Shown in pieces: positions 1 through 11,790 of a DNA stretch of 64,000 nt (its first letter is position 1; each line of letters opens with the position of its first letter). Both the position numbers and the translations under genes were made by a program. This DNA is from Chlorokybus atmophyticus (Eukaryota > Plantae > Mesostigma and Chlorokybus algae), in NCBI GenBank assembly GCA_009103225.1, contig RHPI01000575.1, positions 29,317 through 93,316 on the forward strand, read 5' to 3'. Below the pieces are notes generated by a model. The model saw only the letters and a program-made list of their open reading frames with translations, was not told the DNA's origin and did no database searches.

Positions 1-262
1 AGCACAAGTGCTGGTGGTTGTTGTTGCTGTTGTTGTTTTTGTCGTTGTGTCTTGCTGTAGCCGCAACAACAACAACCAGCACTTGTTGCGGTTGTTATTG
101 TTGTTGGTGTGTCTTGCTGTGGCAACAACAACGACCAGCCCTTGTGCTGGTCGTTGTTGTTGCTGTTGTGGTTGTTGTGGTTGTTGTTGTGTCTTGCTGT
201 GGCAACAACAACAACGACCAGCACAAGGGCTGGTGGTTGTGTTGTTGCTGTTGTTGTGTCTT
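1..262. repeat. Low-complexity GTT/ACA-rich tandem repeat
   Basis: The motif TTGTGTCTTGCT recurs about every 60-80 bp, embedded in (GTT)n and (ACA)n runs. Confidence 0.8.
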
Positions 263-310
263 GCTATGGCAACTCAATGAGGTGTGGGCAGGAACGCCCG
301 TCAAGCCACA

Positions 311-3300
311 ATGGACAACGAAGACTTTAATGATGATAATATGCAGCATGCGCCGTTACGCAGAGGAACAGTGTCGGATCTCTTATCGGCCAAGCAAGCA
401 GCTCGACCATCGTCCACAAGAGCTGCCTATACACGCGCTGTGAAGGCTTATGAGGTATGAGGCCTAAGTGTCTTGGAGCATCAACATAATGTGTGACGAC
501 ATGATGGCATGCTGACTGAAGTGTGCATGTACATGTTTGCAGGGTTGGTGCACAGAGCATGGCCTACTAACGCGCGTAACCATTGATCGCGCGTTAGAGT
601 TTCTAATCTCCAAACAAGACCAGTCTTGGAGCACTTTGGAGAATTATGTGAAGGGCTTGCAAGATGCTTGGAAAGATCAAAGTGTTGTAGATGACTGTTT
701 TCCTGAGGACTTGCGAAAGAAGCAAGCAGTACAGCTTATCTTAAATGTAGCCAAACGAAACATCTCCAGCAAAGCAAAAGCGTAAGCACTGCATGCATGT
801 ACTACACTTCGAGCATGTGTGTGTATTACACATATTGCAGTCCAAGTATGTTTCATTGCACAACTGCTTATTTATTTACCTTATGCATTATAGTTTGATT
901 GTTATAACAGTGAGTTTCGTGATCGGTTGGCCGGCACGGGTGCGGAGTCGTACACTGCAGATGATTATCGACGGATGAGCGAGTATTGGTTGCAAAAGGC
1001 GCTGCGATCAGGGAACTCAGCAAAACAGGCAGCAGCACTGAGAGCACGGTATGTACGGTAGTTAGATGTTTGTGTTCGCATTATGTTTATTGTCTAACAT
1101 TTTGTGTATGCACTCTAGGCTTGATTTGTGTTTACGGCACGTGTGTCTCACGCGTGGAGATGTTTCTCGTGCTGTAGAGATCTGCGATCTTTTCATCTAC
1201 AAGCCCGACAAGACCTTTTTAGGCCCGGATCAAGGCGTCATCCTTTGCTTTGTGTCTCGAAACGGCAAAATGAACAAGGTATATATGTTGCATGCGCACG
1301 GCTTGATTTAATAAGAGTTTAATGCACAATGCATGCGATATCACATAAGTTAACCACAAATATGTTTGTTCAACAGAATGGTGGAGTTGAATACTTTGGC
1401 GGGCTCAGGCATTGGAACCCAGTAGCGTGCTGGCAGAACGCAATGGCGATGCACCTTTTCCACAAGTATCACTTGCAGGAGCGCCCACCGCCAGACTTCT
1501 CAACACGAGCAGCTTGGTTAGTGTGTAAAGTCTATCAATGCTGCTCGTGAGTTATAGCTATAACTCACGATAAATGCAACGTATATGACTGAGTTATAGA
1601 TGCAACGTATATGATTAAGTCAACACACTTGTGATCATTTCAACAGGTATGCAGAACCACTGTTTCCAGGAGAAGACCCCAGCAAGCACCTGTCATACAA
1701 GCAGCAGTACGTTAACGCTTGTGAGGCGTTCAAAGAGTGCGATATTGTGCGCGGGAGGCAGAAGGTACATGCTTCGCGAAAGGAGTCATCGCAGCAAGCT
1801 ATAAATGCAGGGTAAGTCTTACATGTGTTGTTGCTTCAATGGTGAATGGCTGCTAGCACGTAAACTTATATACTTATGCTATGCAGCGCTACAGAGCAAG
1901 GGATTAAGCAGAATGGAAGATGGAACAATGAGCACTTTTTATTGTCGTACGTCATCAAGTTGGACGTGGCTACTTGCGCTGTGATAGCCGGGCACGGTGG
2001 TGAGCAACTGTCATCGAAATACATTCTGGCGCGCTCTCGATTTTTACTACCGCATACACTACGGCGTGAGATTTTCCCATGGCTTGATGAGGCTATGGAG
2101 GCGATACGCGCGGTATGAGCAGACATGATGTGTTTGTTTGTGTATGTTGTATTATTATTTATTCAATTGTTTAATAACAAGCGTGTATTGCCAGAGAGAG
2201 CGAGCGTCCGGTCAGACCGATTATGCCGCTTACAAGCACTGCGAGTCCCTTGATTACATGCGTAACGTCATTGCTCAGGTCAAAAACGTGCTTAACGTTA
2301 TGGGGTAATGCAAACTTTCAATGCCCATATGTGAACAATGCATAACTTGTTGTATTGATCACTCAGGATGTAGCTGTGATGCGCCGTGACATAACGTTGA
2401 CGCGGGGCGATGTGCAGCAGTGCGGATTCGCCGCTCTGAGCGTATGTGCACACCCTATGTTCCAGACTCCTGAGTTTGAGGCTTGGGCCGCACAAGTATG
2501 TGTTGCTCACGATTAGTCAATGGCTGCGCCAAACCCACAGTACGACACACTGCCTGAGCGGGTATGTTATTTTGAGCATGTAATGTAATGTGTCAAACTC
2601 ATTTCAATATACAACCTGTATATTTAAATACATGTTAATATTGACCGTTGTGCAGATTGCCGCCATCATGCGACAGCAAGAGCGGCTACTGCAGATGGTG
2701 ATGGACCACGTGACAGCGCAGCAGCAGATGCTGATTGCTTTCGAGGCGTCTGTGGATGTGAGACTCACTCGCATGGAGCGCTTCATGCGTGAAGGATTTG
2801 CACAACAGGGAGTGCACTTCGGAGCGGACAGCTCAGCAGGCAATAACGTACGCTCCGCAGCACCTGCCAAAAATACACATCGTGCATCGACATCGCAACC
2901 ACTCCCTCAATCTAAGTCGAACGCACGCGGCATTCCGCCAAAATATCAATTGCAGAAGGAGTTGTCGACTGTGGTGGACATGTGGACCGAATACACATCC
3001 GGCTTGGATGGTGGACCAGCGGTCAGAGAGCTTATGCAATTGCATAAGACAGCCTGGCGGCAAGGAGACCGCGCCATGGCGAAGCTTTTCGACAAGCGCA
3101 ACATCATCTATCAACATATAATGAGGACGGCCAAAGACTTTGGCGTATCTGAAGAGGATGCAGCAATGCGACTTGATGCTCACAGAAATGACCTCGCACA
3201 ACACCGTCGAGGAAAAGCAATGACGATCACACAGCTTTGTGATCAGCTGCGCGCGCAACGCTCCGGCAAGCGTAAAGCTTTGAATGACGATGCAGGAGCA

Positions 3301-3321
3301 GAGGAGGCATGCCTTGATTGA
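311..3321 (+). mobile_element. CryptonF-like tyrosine recombinase gene (Ndc10-like YR domain plus C-terminal GCR1_C domain); 10 exons, one in-frame TAG
   Basis: Manually spliced, phase-consistent GT-AG exons: 311-454, 543-781, 911-1048, 1119-1278, 1377-1516, 1647-1811, 1887-2112, 2195-2278, 2367-2561, 2656-3321. Motifs: TRGD (catalytic R), GKMNKNG (K), RHWNPVAC, PDFSTRAAWY, KVHASRK (HxxR), GRWNNEHFLLSY (W...Y), and GCR1_C-like TVVDMWTEYTSGLDGGPAV...WR. A TAG is in frame at 2514-2516. Confidence 0.85.
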
Positions 3322-3687
3322 GTTAAGAGTTGAGCATGTACATGTGTGTATACATAAGCACATTCAGCCATGCTTGAAGTCTAGGTAGTGTACCTGTAAG
3401 TGAAGTGGGCGGGAATTGGTGCTGGCTGGTTATGTAGAAACATGTGCCACAATGTACATGAAATGAGGTGCGTATGTCCATGCATGTTACATTCAAGTAA
3501 TGAGCGCACATCATGCCAACAGCAGCAAGTACTACTTACCACGGGGCTTTACTCATCTAGTTACTCAGCTACCACCTACACTTTGACTGCAAGGCTGACC
3601 ACCCACGGCCAATTCTTTTTCAAACAACTTAGCTAACCAATACAACTGAGCACTACAACTGTCGCCCGTCATGTGCACACTTAAACT

Positions 3688-4345
3688 TGTACAGCTGCTG
3701 CGTGCACTGTGCGTGTGTGTGCGCGTGCATGTGCACGCCTACACATACAACAAACCCTGCAACTATTGCCAGTCAAGTACAAGTCAAGTACACACGAGTA
3801 CACCCGTTCAGCTGCTGCGTGCATTGTGTGTGTGAGTGTACGCATGCATGCTTGTGCACGCCTACACCTATAACAAACACTGCAATTGTTCCCCAGTCAC
3901 ACACTCTTACAGTTGCTGCATGCAGTGTGCGTGCGCAGTCAAGTACACACGCATACACTGGTACAGCTGCTGCGTGCATATAGTGTGTGTGTACGCTTGC
4001 ATGCGTGTGCACGCATACATTTAAACAAACACTGTAATTGTTCGCCAGTCACACTCTTACAGTTGCTACATGTAATGGCTGCTGCGTGCATTGTGTGTGT
4101 GAGTGTACGCATGCATGCTTGTGCACGCCTACACTTATAACAAACACTGCAATTGTTCCCCAGTCACACACTCTTACAGTTGCTGCATGCAGTGTGCGTG
4201 CGCAGTCAAGTACACACGCATACACTGGTACAGCTGCTGCGTGCATATAGTGTGTGTGTACGCTTGCATGCGTGTGCACGCATACACTTAAAACAAACAC
4301 TGCAATTGTTCGCCAGTCATACTCTTACAGTTGCTACATGCAATG
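3688..4345. repeat. Tandem repeat (~267 bp period, built from ~90 bp subunits)
   Basis: The block starting at 3821 recurs at 4088 (offset 267); the ORFs at 3836 and 4103 are near-identical. Confidence 0.9.
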
Positions 4346-4544
4346 TGCGTGTATGCCTACACACACAACAACCCTGCAAATGTCAGAATACACCCTCTTG
4401 CAGTCTTGTAAGCCATTCATTAAATAAACAAGCCTAGGCACAGAACACCCTCTGCAATTGCAGCGACTGCTAACAAGCCAACGATTGAACACTTATGAAA
4501 AAGTAACCTACAAACGACAAAGCAGCTGCTTCGCTCGCGCCCCA

Positions 4545-4997
4545 CGCACCGCCAGTCACCCATCGCCCTCTCTCGCCGGCCCACACCACCCTGCCCAGCG
4601 CAGCCGTCTCTCCGCTGCCTGCAGGGAGCAGGCGGCGAAAAGCTCGCCACCTTCCGGTTCGCCCACGCCACCCTGCCCTCTCCGCTTCGCCCACACCACC
4701 CTGCCCTCCGCCGCCCTCTCTCCGCTGCTTGCCGGGCGGAGGCGGCAAGGAGCTCGCCGCCTTCCCGCCCGCCCAGACCACCGCCCCAGCGCCGTTGCAA
4801 CGGGTGTGGCCGCCGACGTTAATGGCGTCAGCGTCGGCGCGTGCGCGTCGACCGCCGACGCCTCGGTTAACCGGAGACGCGCGGGGCCGGCGGGGCGCCG
4901 GCCGCGCTGCGGGGTTCCGGTCGCGCGCCGGCCGTCCGGTGTCTCCGCGGGTCTCCGCGGGCGTCTCCGTAGACGGAAGGGTTCCGACTCCGTAGTG
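4545..4997. mobile_element. Possible CACTA/EnSpm-type element end with GC-rich subterminal repeats
   Basis: A very GC-rich island with repeated GTCTCCG and CCGACG/CGTCGG motifs ends abruptly in ...CCGTAGTG (reverse complement CACTACGG). No matching opposite end was found in the window. Confidence 0.4.
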
Positions 4998-5329
4998 TAT
5001 GTTACACATGACGTATCATACACTATATCTAATGCACATGGTTTATGTGGACCTTGGCATCACGTACGTATGTATAGGCAGATCATGCCAATACACTACA
5101 TTTGCATGATCTGCGTAAACCGTAGTGCTCCGAATTGTTCGTGACGAGCGCCGCAAACATATATAGTTTATTTTTCGTCAAAACCCCGCGAACCTATGCA
5201 TTCCGGTGTATTTGCAATGGACTACGTAGTTGCTACCGCCGAGCAGGGAGTTTTTAATTTGTAAAGTGCCCTTGCATAATTACTTAATTCACGAACAACT
5301 TCGTAGCACTACGATATATGCATAACACA

Positions 5330-5530
5330 TACTATGTAGACATATGCATGTATATATATGCGCACGCACACATACACACATATGCACACACGCGCGCGCG
5401 CGCGCGCACACACACACACACACACATAAATACACAAATATATGTGTATATACATACATATACATGTATACATATACATATATTATGCGTTGATCCATGC
5501 TATATATATGTACGCACATCCATATTAATT
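5330..5530. repeat. Mixed AT/AC/GC dinucleotide low-complexity tract
   Basis: Direct reading: (CA)n, (CG)n and (TA)n runs. Confidence 0.75.
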
Positions 5531-5640
5531 TGTATATACTTTTCATGCGCTGATCTATGCTGTTTGTAGGGCAGCAAACAATTTGGTTGGGTGTAAGTTT
5601 TGATGTTGGGTTAATGGTAGAGGGAGGGGCGGGGGGGGGN

Positions 5641-5997
5641 TTGTGTGGGCCATCACAGAGCTGGAGGAGAAGCTTAAAGCCGCAGGTGAGGCCGTCGCCA
5701 ACGGGAAGGATAAGTATCCAGTGCGCTTGCCTTATGGCATTGCAGTCGCGCCAAAGGGAGCGGGATTCTACAATGAAGGACAGAATTTGGCGCACAATTT
5801 GCCACTACCAGGCAACCCAGCCAAGGAACCCAAGGTGGGTGGGTGTGCGAGTCTTACATGTGTGCAGTTGGGTGTCATGGCGTGGTTGTGGTTTGTTGAT
5901 GTAATGTGTTTGGGTGTGCAGATGGCGGAGCTGTTCAACGAGTGCGCGCGTAAGCTGTGGGTTCCACCCGAGGAGCTGAAGCAGTCCATCGCCGCGG
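5641..5997 (+). other. Copy of part of the phosphoketolase gene (16218-16574), including an intron; probable assembly artefact
   Basis: No differences seen from 16218-16574 (offset 10577). It begins right after the N at 5640 and is flanked by G-runs on both sides. Confidence 0.8.
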
Positions 5998-7503
5998 GGG
6001 GGGCTGGCCAGCTGCTTTGCCGTCATGGTCTTGCTTATTACTGTGAGATCATATTGTGCCATCACGGCCAAGTCAGCGACAGCGGCATGCACATACGCAC
6101 ACGCAGGTGAAAAACATGTGCACACGCACATAATTGATAAATGTATTGTTATAATTGAAAGCATTGTACATATAGATGATAAAGTAGAATTATATACGTA
6201 TATGTGTAAGAAATTACGTGGATGATGGTTGGTGGTGGGTGTACATATTAAGAACGGATAGCAGATCATGTAGAGCACGTTGCTGAATGCTTATAATCAA
6301 CTCAACGTTGATGTCATAATCCAGCACTATAGCTATCAGCGCGCGACTGATGTGCTGAACGTGTGCACGACGTATGAAAGTGGCATAGATTGTGTAAGGG
6401 GTTGACATCGTGCAATGAGATGTTGAATACAACTTGAATTTGCACATATTTACAAATACGCATGCATTCAGCATTACAAGCGCCAATAGCGAACTGTCGT
6501 GCCTAGTGCCCACACATACCAGCCTTCATCGGGCATGCCTACATCAAAACCGTCGCCCGGCCTACCAACATACCAGCGCGCGCGCGTCCCTGACTAGTAG
6601 CTAGGTCATGACTTCAGGGTAGCTCACGGCCATAGCCTACATAGGCACCGCGTCTAGCTGTTCAGTTGGGAGTTCAGTTATAGGTTGTGTTCTATATCGA
6701 GTGACATTTGCTGTGGAAATAGCCTCGATATGACCGTTAGCTTATATTTTAAACAGTCATGATTTGACTTGTATAAGTAGTCACAGTGTTCACCGGATCA
6801 GCTGGCGACACTGTGAGTGAGAAAGCTAAGAGCTTGTGAAACGACCTGAACTACGAACACGCCATCCCGGTTACCAAGAACCCCCTCACTGTGTGAGAGC
6901 CTGTGCATGCTCGTGTGTGCTTCGTGCTTGTCATCGCTGTGAGTCTGGTGTGCTTGGTTGCAGTGTGCTTGTTGGCATTAGTCAGGGCATGGTATCCACG
7001 TGCTTGCTTATTCACCTCACTTAACAGTGTAACACATTTTCTGCTCATGCAAAGAACTGTGTAAACAGCACTACCTATCGTAGTGGCTTGTTGACTCACA
7101 GTGTCACCCTCTTTGCTGAATGAGTGCGTTGCATTCTGCATCAGTGCAGTCTGTATCTGAGGACACATCCCTGGGCATTCGTTATCACTGTCATTACATA
7201 ATGCGCACATAAGCACTAGTGTGGTGAGTGGTAGCGGCATCGAGACAGGCGGTAGAGCACAAACACTCTACCCTGCATACACTTTTACCTTTGGAGTAGC
7301 TGTATGAGCAGGCCTGTTGAGAGTCATTCCTACATACGATCAGCATCGACCCTCCACACAGGAGTAAAAGGTCGTAAGGACGAGCACTAGGTCCGGACTT
7401 AGCAAAATGGCGTCGTCGGACCAGACTACGGACTCCAGATTGGAGCCTTACTAACTGCTTTGTATCTCCGCGTATACTTACTTATATTAAGCGTGTAAGA
7501 GCT

Positions 7504-7741
7504 TGTTGGAAAGCGTTGGTTGTAAGAAAGACAACGCAGCTTAGAGCGCGTAAAAAGGCTGAGTATATAGCTTACGCAGTGCTTGCAAACGTAGACGTGT
7601 GTGTAACTGGCTGGTATAAAAACCAGCCGACAACTTGTAATAGATGAATGTGATGTGACTTGTGTATGCTCTGGTGGCGGTAGCTCTGTCTCTGTGTATC
7701 TATGCTTGCCTCAACTACATGTGCATGCTAGTCCTTCAACA
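7504..7741 (+). mobile_element. Putative 5' LTR of the copia element
   Basis: Starts TGTTG, ends CAACA, and is immediately followed by the primer-binding site. No second copy was found to confirm the left boundary. Confidence 0.6.
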
Positions 7742-7754
7742 GGTTATGGGCCCA
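7742..7754 (+). promoter_or_regulatory. Primer-binding site of the half-tRNA(iMet) type
   Basis: GGTTATGGGCCCA directly after CAACA, as known for Drosophila copia and green-algal Osser-type elements. Confidence 0.8.
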
Positions 7755-7869
7755 CACTACGCTCGAGGAGTGTGAGACTAGCTTGTGTGCATAGTAGTTC
7801 TACACTACGGTAGCTTGTTGGTAGCAGAGCCTTGGGTGTCAACTGCAAGTGAAGGCAGGCACGACAGTG

Positions 7870-10800
7870 ATGGAGGCGACCTACGTCAAGGGGCAGATTG
7901 CAAAGCTGAACACCGACAACTACAACACATGGTGCGTGGAGATGAAGGCCTTGCTCATCCATAAGAAGGTGTGGAAGTATGTTAATCCGAAGGCACCACC
8001 ACCAACACCAGGAGCGAACACTGTATGGTCAGAGCATTCAGCAGAAGCACACTCTTTGCTTGTGTTGAACAGCAAACCGCATCACTTTCCCATGCTCACT
8101 GCTATAAAAATGGTAGACAAGCTTGGGAAAAGCTATCAGCCGTTTCCAGAGCCAAGAAACAATGCCAGAAAGTTGCATCTACGCAAGCAGCTCAGCGCAC
8201 TCAGAATAGAGGCAGCAGAACCTATCATGAAGTATGTTGCACGCGTAAGAGAGCTATGGGCAGACCTCATCAATGTCGGCCACAACATGGGGGAGACGGA
8301 GGTAGTGCTGGCCATTGTTGCAGGGCTACCAGCAGAGTACCAGGTCGTCGCACACCTGCTGGAGACGTTATCATCGGTGTTAACGTTGGACGATGTGCTA
8401 CCGAAGCTGCTCACCGTGGAGCAGAGGGTTGTGAAGAAGGACGAGCAAGCTGATGCCGTGGCCTTCTACACCAACAAGCACGGGAAGAAGAGCAACCATG
8501 AAGAGAAGAACAAGGGCAACAAGCCGGGCAATCCTCGTCACAAAGACCTCATATGCCATTGGTGTGGTTGAAGGGGCACATTGTGAAGAACTGTAGGAAG
8601 AAACAACAGGGGCAACCTAGAGCAAGCACCAGCAACAGCGGCAACGAGCACCAATACAAGGAGAAACATGTCGCCTTCACTGCACCCAGTTTGAGGGCGG
8701 GCACAGCTTTCTAGGTGGTGGACTCTGGCTGCGATTGTCATCTCAATCTCACACCAAACAAGGAGGTGATGGAGGGCTACAGGAAGCTGACGTCCACAAT
8801 CAAGGTGGCGGGCTTCGGTGGCGATGTACTGGTGGCTGAGGGAGTTGGCAATGTACGACTCCAGTGCAAGGTTGGTAACACATTATGCGAGGTGTTGTTA
8901 CGCAACGTCCTGCATGTGCCAAAGGCTGTTGCGAGCCTGTTCTCTTTCAGAGTTGCTGAGCGCTTGGGAGCAGAGATAGTGTTCCGGAAGGGTGGCTGCA
9001 CAGTCATCCTTGATGGGGTCGTGCACGTGGTTGGAATCGCTGATCCAGGAGGGCTCTACCACGTGGAGCAGCACTCTCAGGACATTGACACTCAAGCTAT
9101 GGTGGTGGAGGACAAGGAGTCGCCAACATTGTGGCATCGAAGGTTCGGGCATCTCAGCTACGTCAACCTCACTCGCCTTGTCGCTGAGAAGATGGTCAAG
9201 GGCATCTATCTCAGCATACTGAAGAACTCAAGAATGCATCAGGTGCACTTTGTGAACCATTCCAAGTTCCAAAGCAGCATGCTATGCCATTCCCATCATC
9301 CTCTTCTAGCAGTTAGCATCCTTGCGAGCTTGTGCACATGGATGTCTGTGGCCGTATGCGCATTGTGGCGAAGGGAGGGGTCAGGTACTTTGCTACATTC
9401 CTCGACGACTACAGCAAGCTATCCGTCATCTTTCCGTTGACACTGAAGTCAGAAGTTGCTGGAGCTGTGCGCACAGTTGTGGCCTTGTTGGAGACCCAGT
9501 CTAGCAACAAGATGAAGGCGATGAGGAGTGATCGAGGAGGGGAGTACATCAACAAGGAATTCTTCGCCAGCAAGGGCATACGCCACGCTACAACGGCACC
9601 CTACACCCCGTAGCAAAATGGAGCAGCTGAACGCCTCAACAGGACACCCTTGGAGCGTGTTCGAGCCATGCTCAATGACACCAAGATGGAAGACAGTATG
9701 TGGAAGGAGGCGGTACTCATTGCCAACTACATCCGCAACAGGTCTCCGGTGAGCTCAAAGCAGAAGACTCCGTGGAAGCACTTCTATGGAGCCACACCAG
9801 ATGTGAGTGGTATGCGTGTGTTGGGATGCACGGCATATGCGCTAGTGCCTAAACAGCTCAGGCACAAGCTGGAGCCGGTCAGCAAGAAGGGCAACTTCGT
9901 TGGCTATGAACCGAGTTCCAAGGCTTACAGGATCTTGCTCGAGGACACTCAGCAGATCATTGTGAGCAGAGAAGTGGTTTTCCACGAGGGATTATCACAA
10001 CCAGAAGCAGTCTTCTTTCCTGAAGATGAAGCACAGCCGGAGGAGCATCCTGAGACAGTGGAGGCTACAGGCAAGGCCATCATCAACAATAAGGGTGAGC
10101 AGGACTTAGCTGCAGCAGGCCAGGAGGAGCCGCACCTGCAACAGGAGCACGCAGCTCGGAGATACCCAGTGAGGGAGAGAAAGGCACCTGACTTCTTACA
10201 CAAGGCACACGTCGCCAGTGTGCACAATGAGGTGCCAAGCACCTATGAGGAGGCATTGTTAGCACCTGATGCGGAGCAATGGCAGCGTGCTATGAACGTG
10301 GAGATTGCGTCACTCCATGCCAACAACACTTGGTCACTAGAGCAGCTACCGCAAGGAGTGAAGACCATTCCAGTGAAATGGGTCTTCAAGGTGAAGCGTG
10401 ATGGTCAGGGCAACATTGAGCGCTACAAGGCAAGACTGGTGGCAAAGGGATTCTTGCAGCAGGAAGGTGTGGACTTCACCGAAGTGTTTGCACCTGCAAG
10501 TAAGCATACCACCTTCCGTGCACTGCTAGCTGTGGTTGCTGTTGAGGAACTAAAGCTGCATCACCTCGACGTGAAGACTGCCTTCCTCTACAGAGAGCTG
10601 AACGAGGAGATCTTTATCGAGCAACCACCTGGATATGAAGAAGGGGAGAGAGGCACAGCGTGCAAGCTAATCAAGGCACTGTACGGGCTGCGACAGGCAC
10701 CGCGTATGTGGCACATCAAGCTCACCAAGGAGCTGGAGGCACTTCACCGCATCCTCTGCAGACCCTGGGCTCACCGCATCCTCTGCAGACCCTGGGCTCT

Positions 10801-10930
10801 TCTTCCATGTAGACAACAAGGTCTGGCTACTCGTGTATGTGGATGATATTCTCATCGCCGCCAGGCAGGTGCACCATCTGCAGGAGACGAAACTTGCGCT
10901 ACAGCAAGCATTCTCAGTTCGTGATCTTGA
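7870..10930 (+). mobile_element. Ty1/copia gag-pol, degenerate and 3'-truncated
   Basis: Gag (LNTDNYNTWCVEMKALL), broken zinc knuckle, protease (VDSGC), integrase (HMDVCG, FLDDYS, RSDRGGEY) and RT (WVFKVK, YKARLVAKGF, HLDVKTAFL, ALYGLRQAPRMW, VYVDDILI in a shifted frame). Has frameshifts, a stop near 9610 and a 27-bp tandem duplication at 10744-10797. No RNase H or 3' LTR. Confidence 0.92.
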
Positions 10931-11790
10931 AAGGCCAAGTGGTGTGTAACTTTTGATGCGCTCAGGTACATCATAGGTGATCATAGATCTGGATTAGCGA
11001 TAAGTAGCATAACCCATTCTGATACGCTCACACTAGTTGTATGCATCGCACAAGCTTAAGATATGGCATGCAGACGGAATCTCCTGATGTTATTGAGTTG
11101 TTATCAACCAATGTCGTCACATCCAGTATCTGTAACCGAGTTTTCGACCTGATGTCTGCATCGCACTTTAGGTCCTATGGTATGGCTCATAGGCGATACT
11201 GGTTCCCAACACTAGCCTTTAAACTAGTATGTCATAGACATCCTGCCTATGGTTGTATACACGATGACTGCACAGCATGCAATTACACAACCGCGAGAGC
11301 AACTACTACGTGCCAGCGCAGTTGGCAGAACCCAAAGATTGGCTCGGGATGTCAGGTCCAAAGACGATGACTAAAGTTATATGACGGTAAGGCAGGGAGA
11401 GAGACAGACTTCGGACAGGGGAGAGAGGGAGTTGGGAAAGGTAGTGGGGTGCTCTGTTGACATATGTAAACATGCACAAAGTGACAGCATGCACTTGCGT
11501 ATATGCGTAGCACATGCAGCATCCTATACACGCACACATTCATGCGCTCGAGCGCACAATTACGCACACCCGCGTCTTCGTGCCCGCACCCACGCCCCCA
11601 AGCGATGGACAGTGAAGGACATGCCAACGACACACTCAAGACGTGCACATACCAATGACAATGCCACACCTATCAATGCATGTGTGTCTCACTTTATGCT
11701 GACAGTAGGACCCACCTCAACAAGCAGGCAACATGGACTACTTTGTACAACTGTCCTCAATGTTTCACAACCGCATTGCGTCCAATCCAG

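Noticed and set aside
3688-4345. Regularly spaced repeats resembling a CRISPR array
   Set aside because: The intervening sequence is itself repeated (267-bp period), there are no unique spacers or cas genes, and the context is eukaryotic.
4420-5144. Long overlapping Arg/Ala/Pro-rich ORFs on both strands
   Set aside because: Explained by extreme GC content (few stop codons); no protein motif or splice support.
10943-11289. Possible solo LTR bounded by TGTGTAA...TTACACA at the point where the copia breaks
   Set aside because: The flanks show no target-site duplication and no second copy exists in the window.
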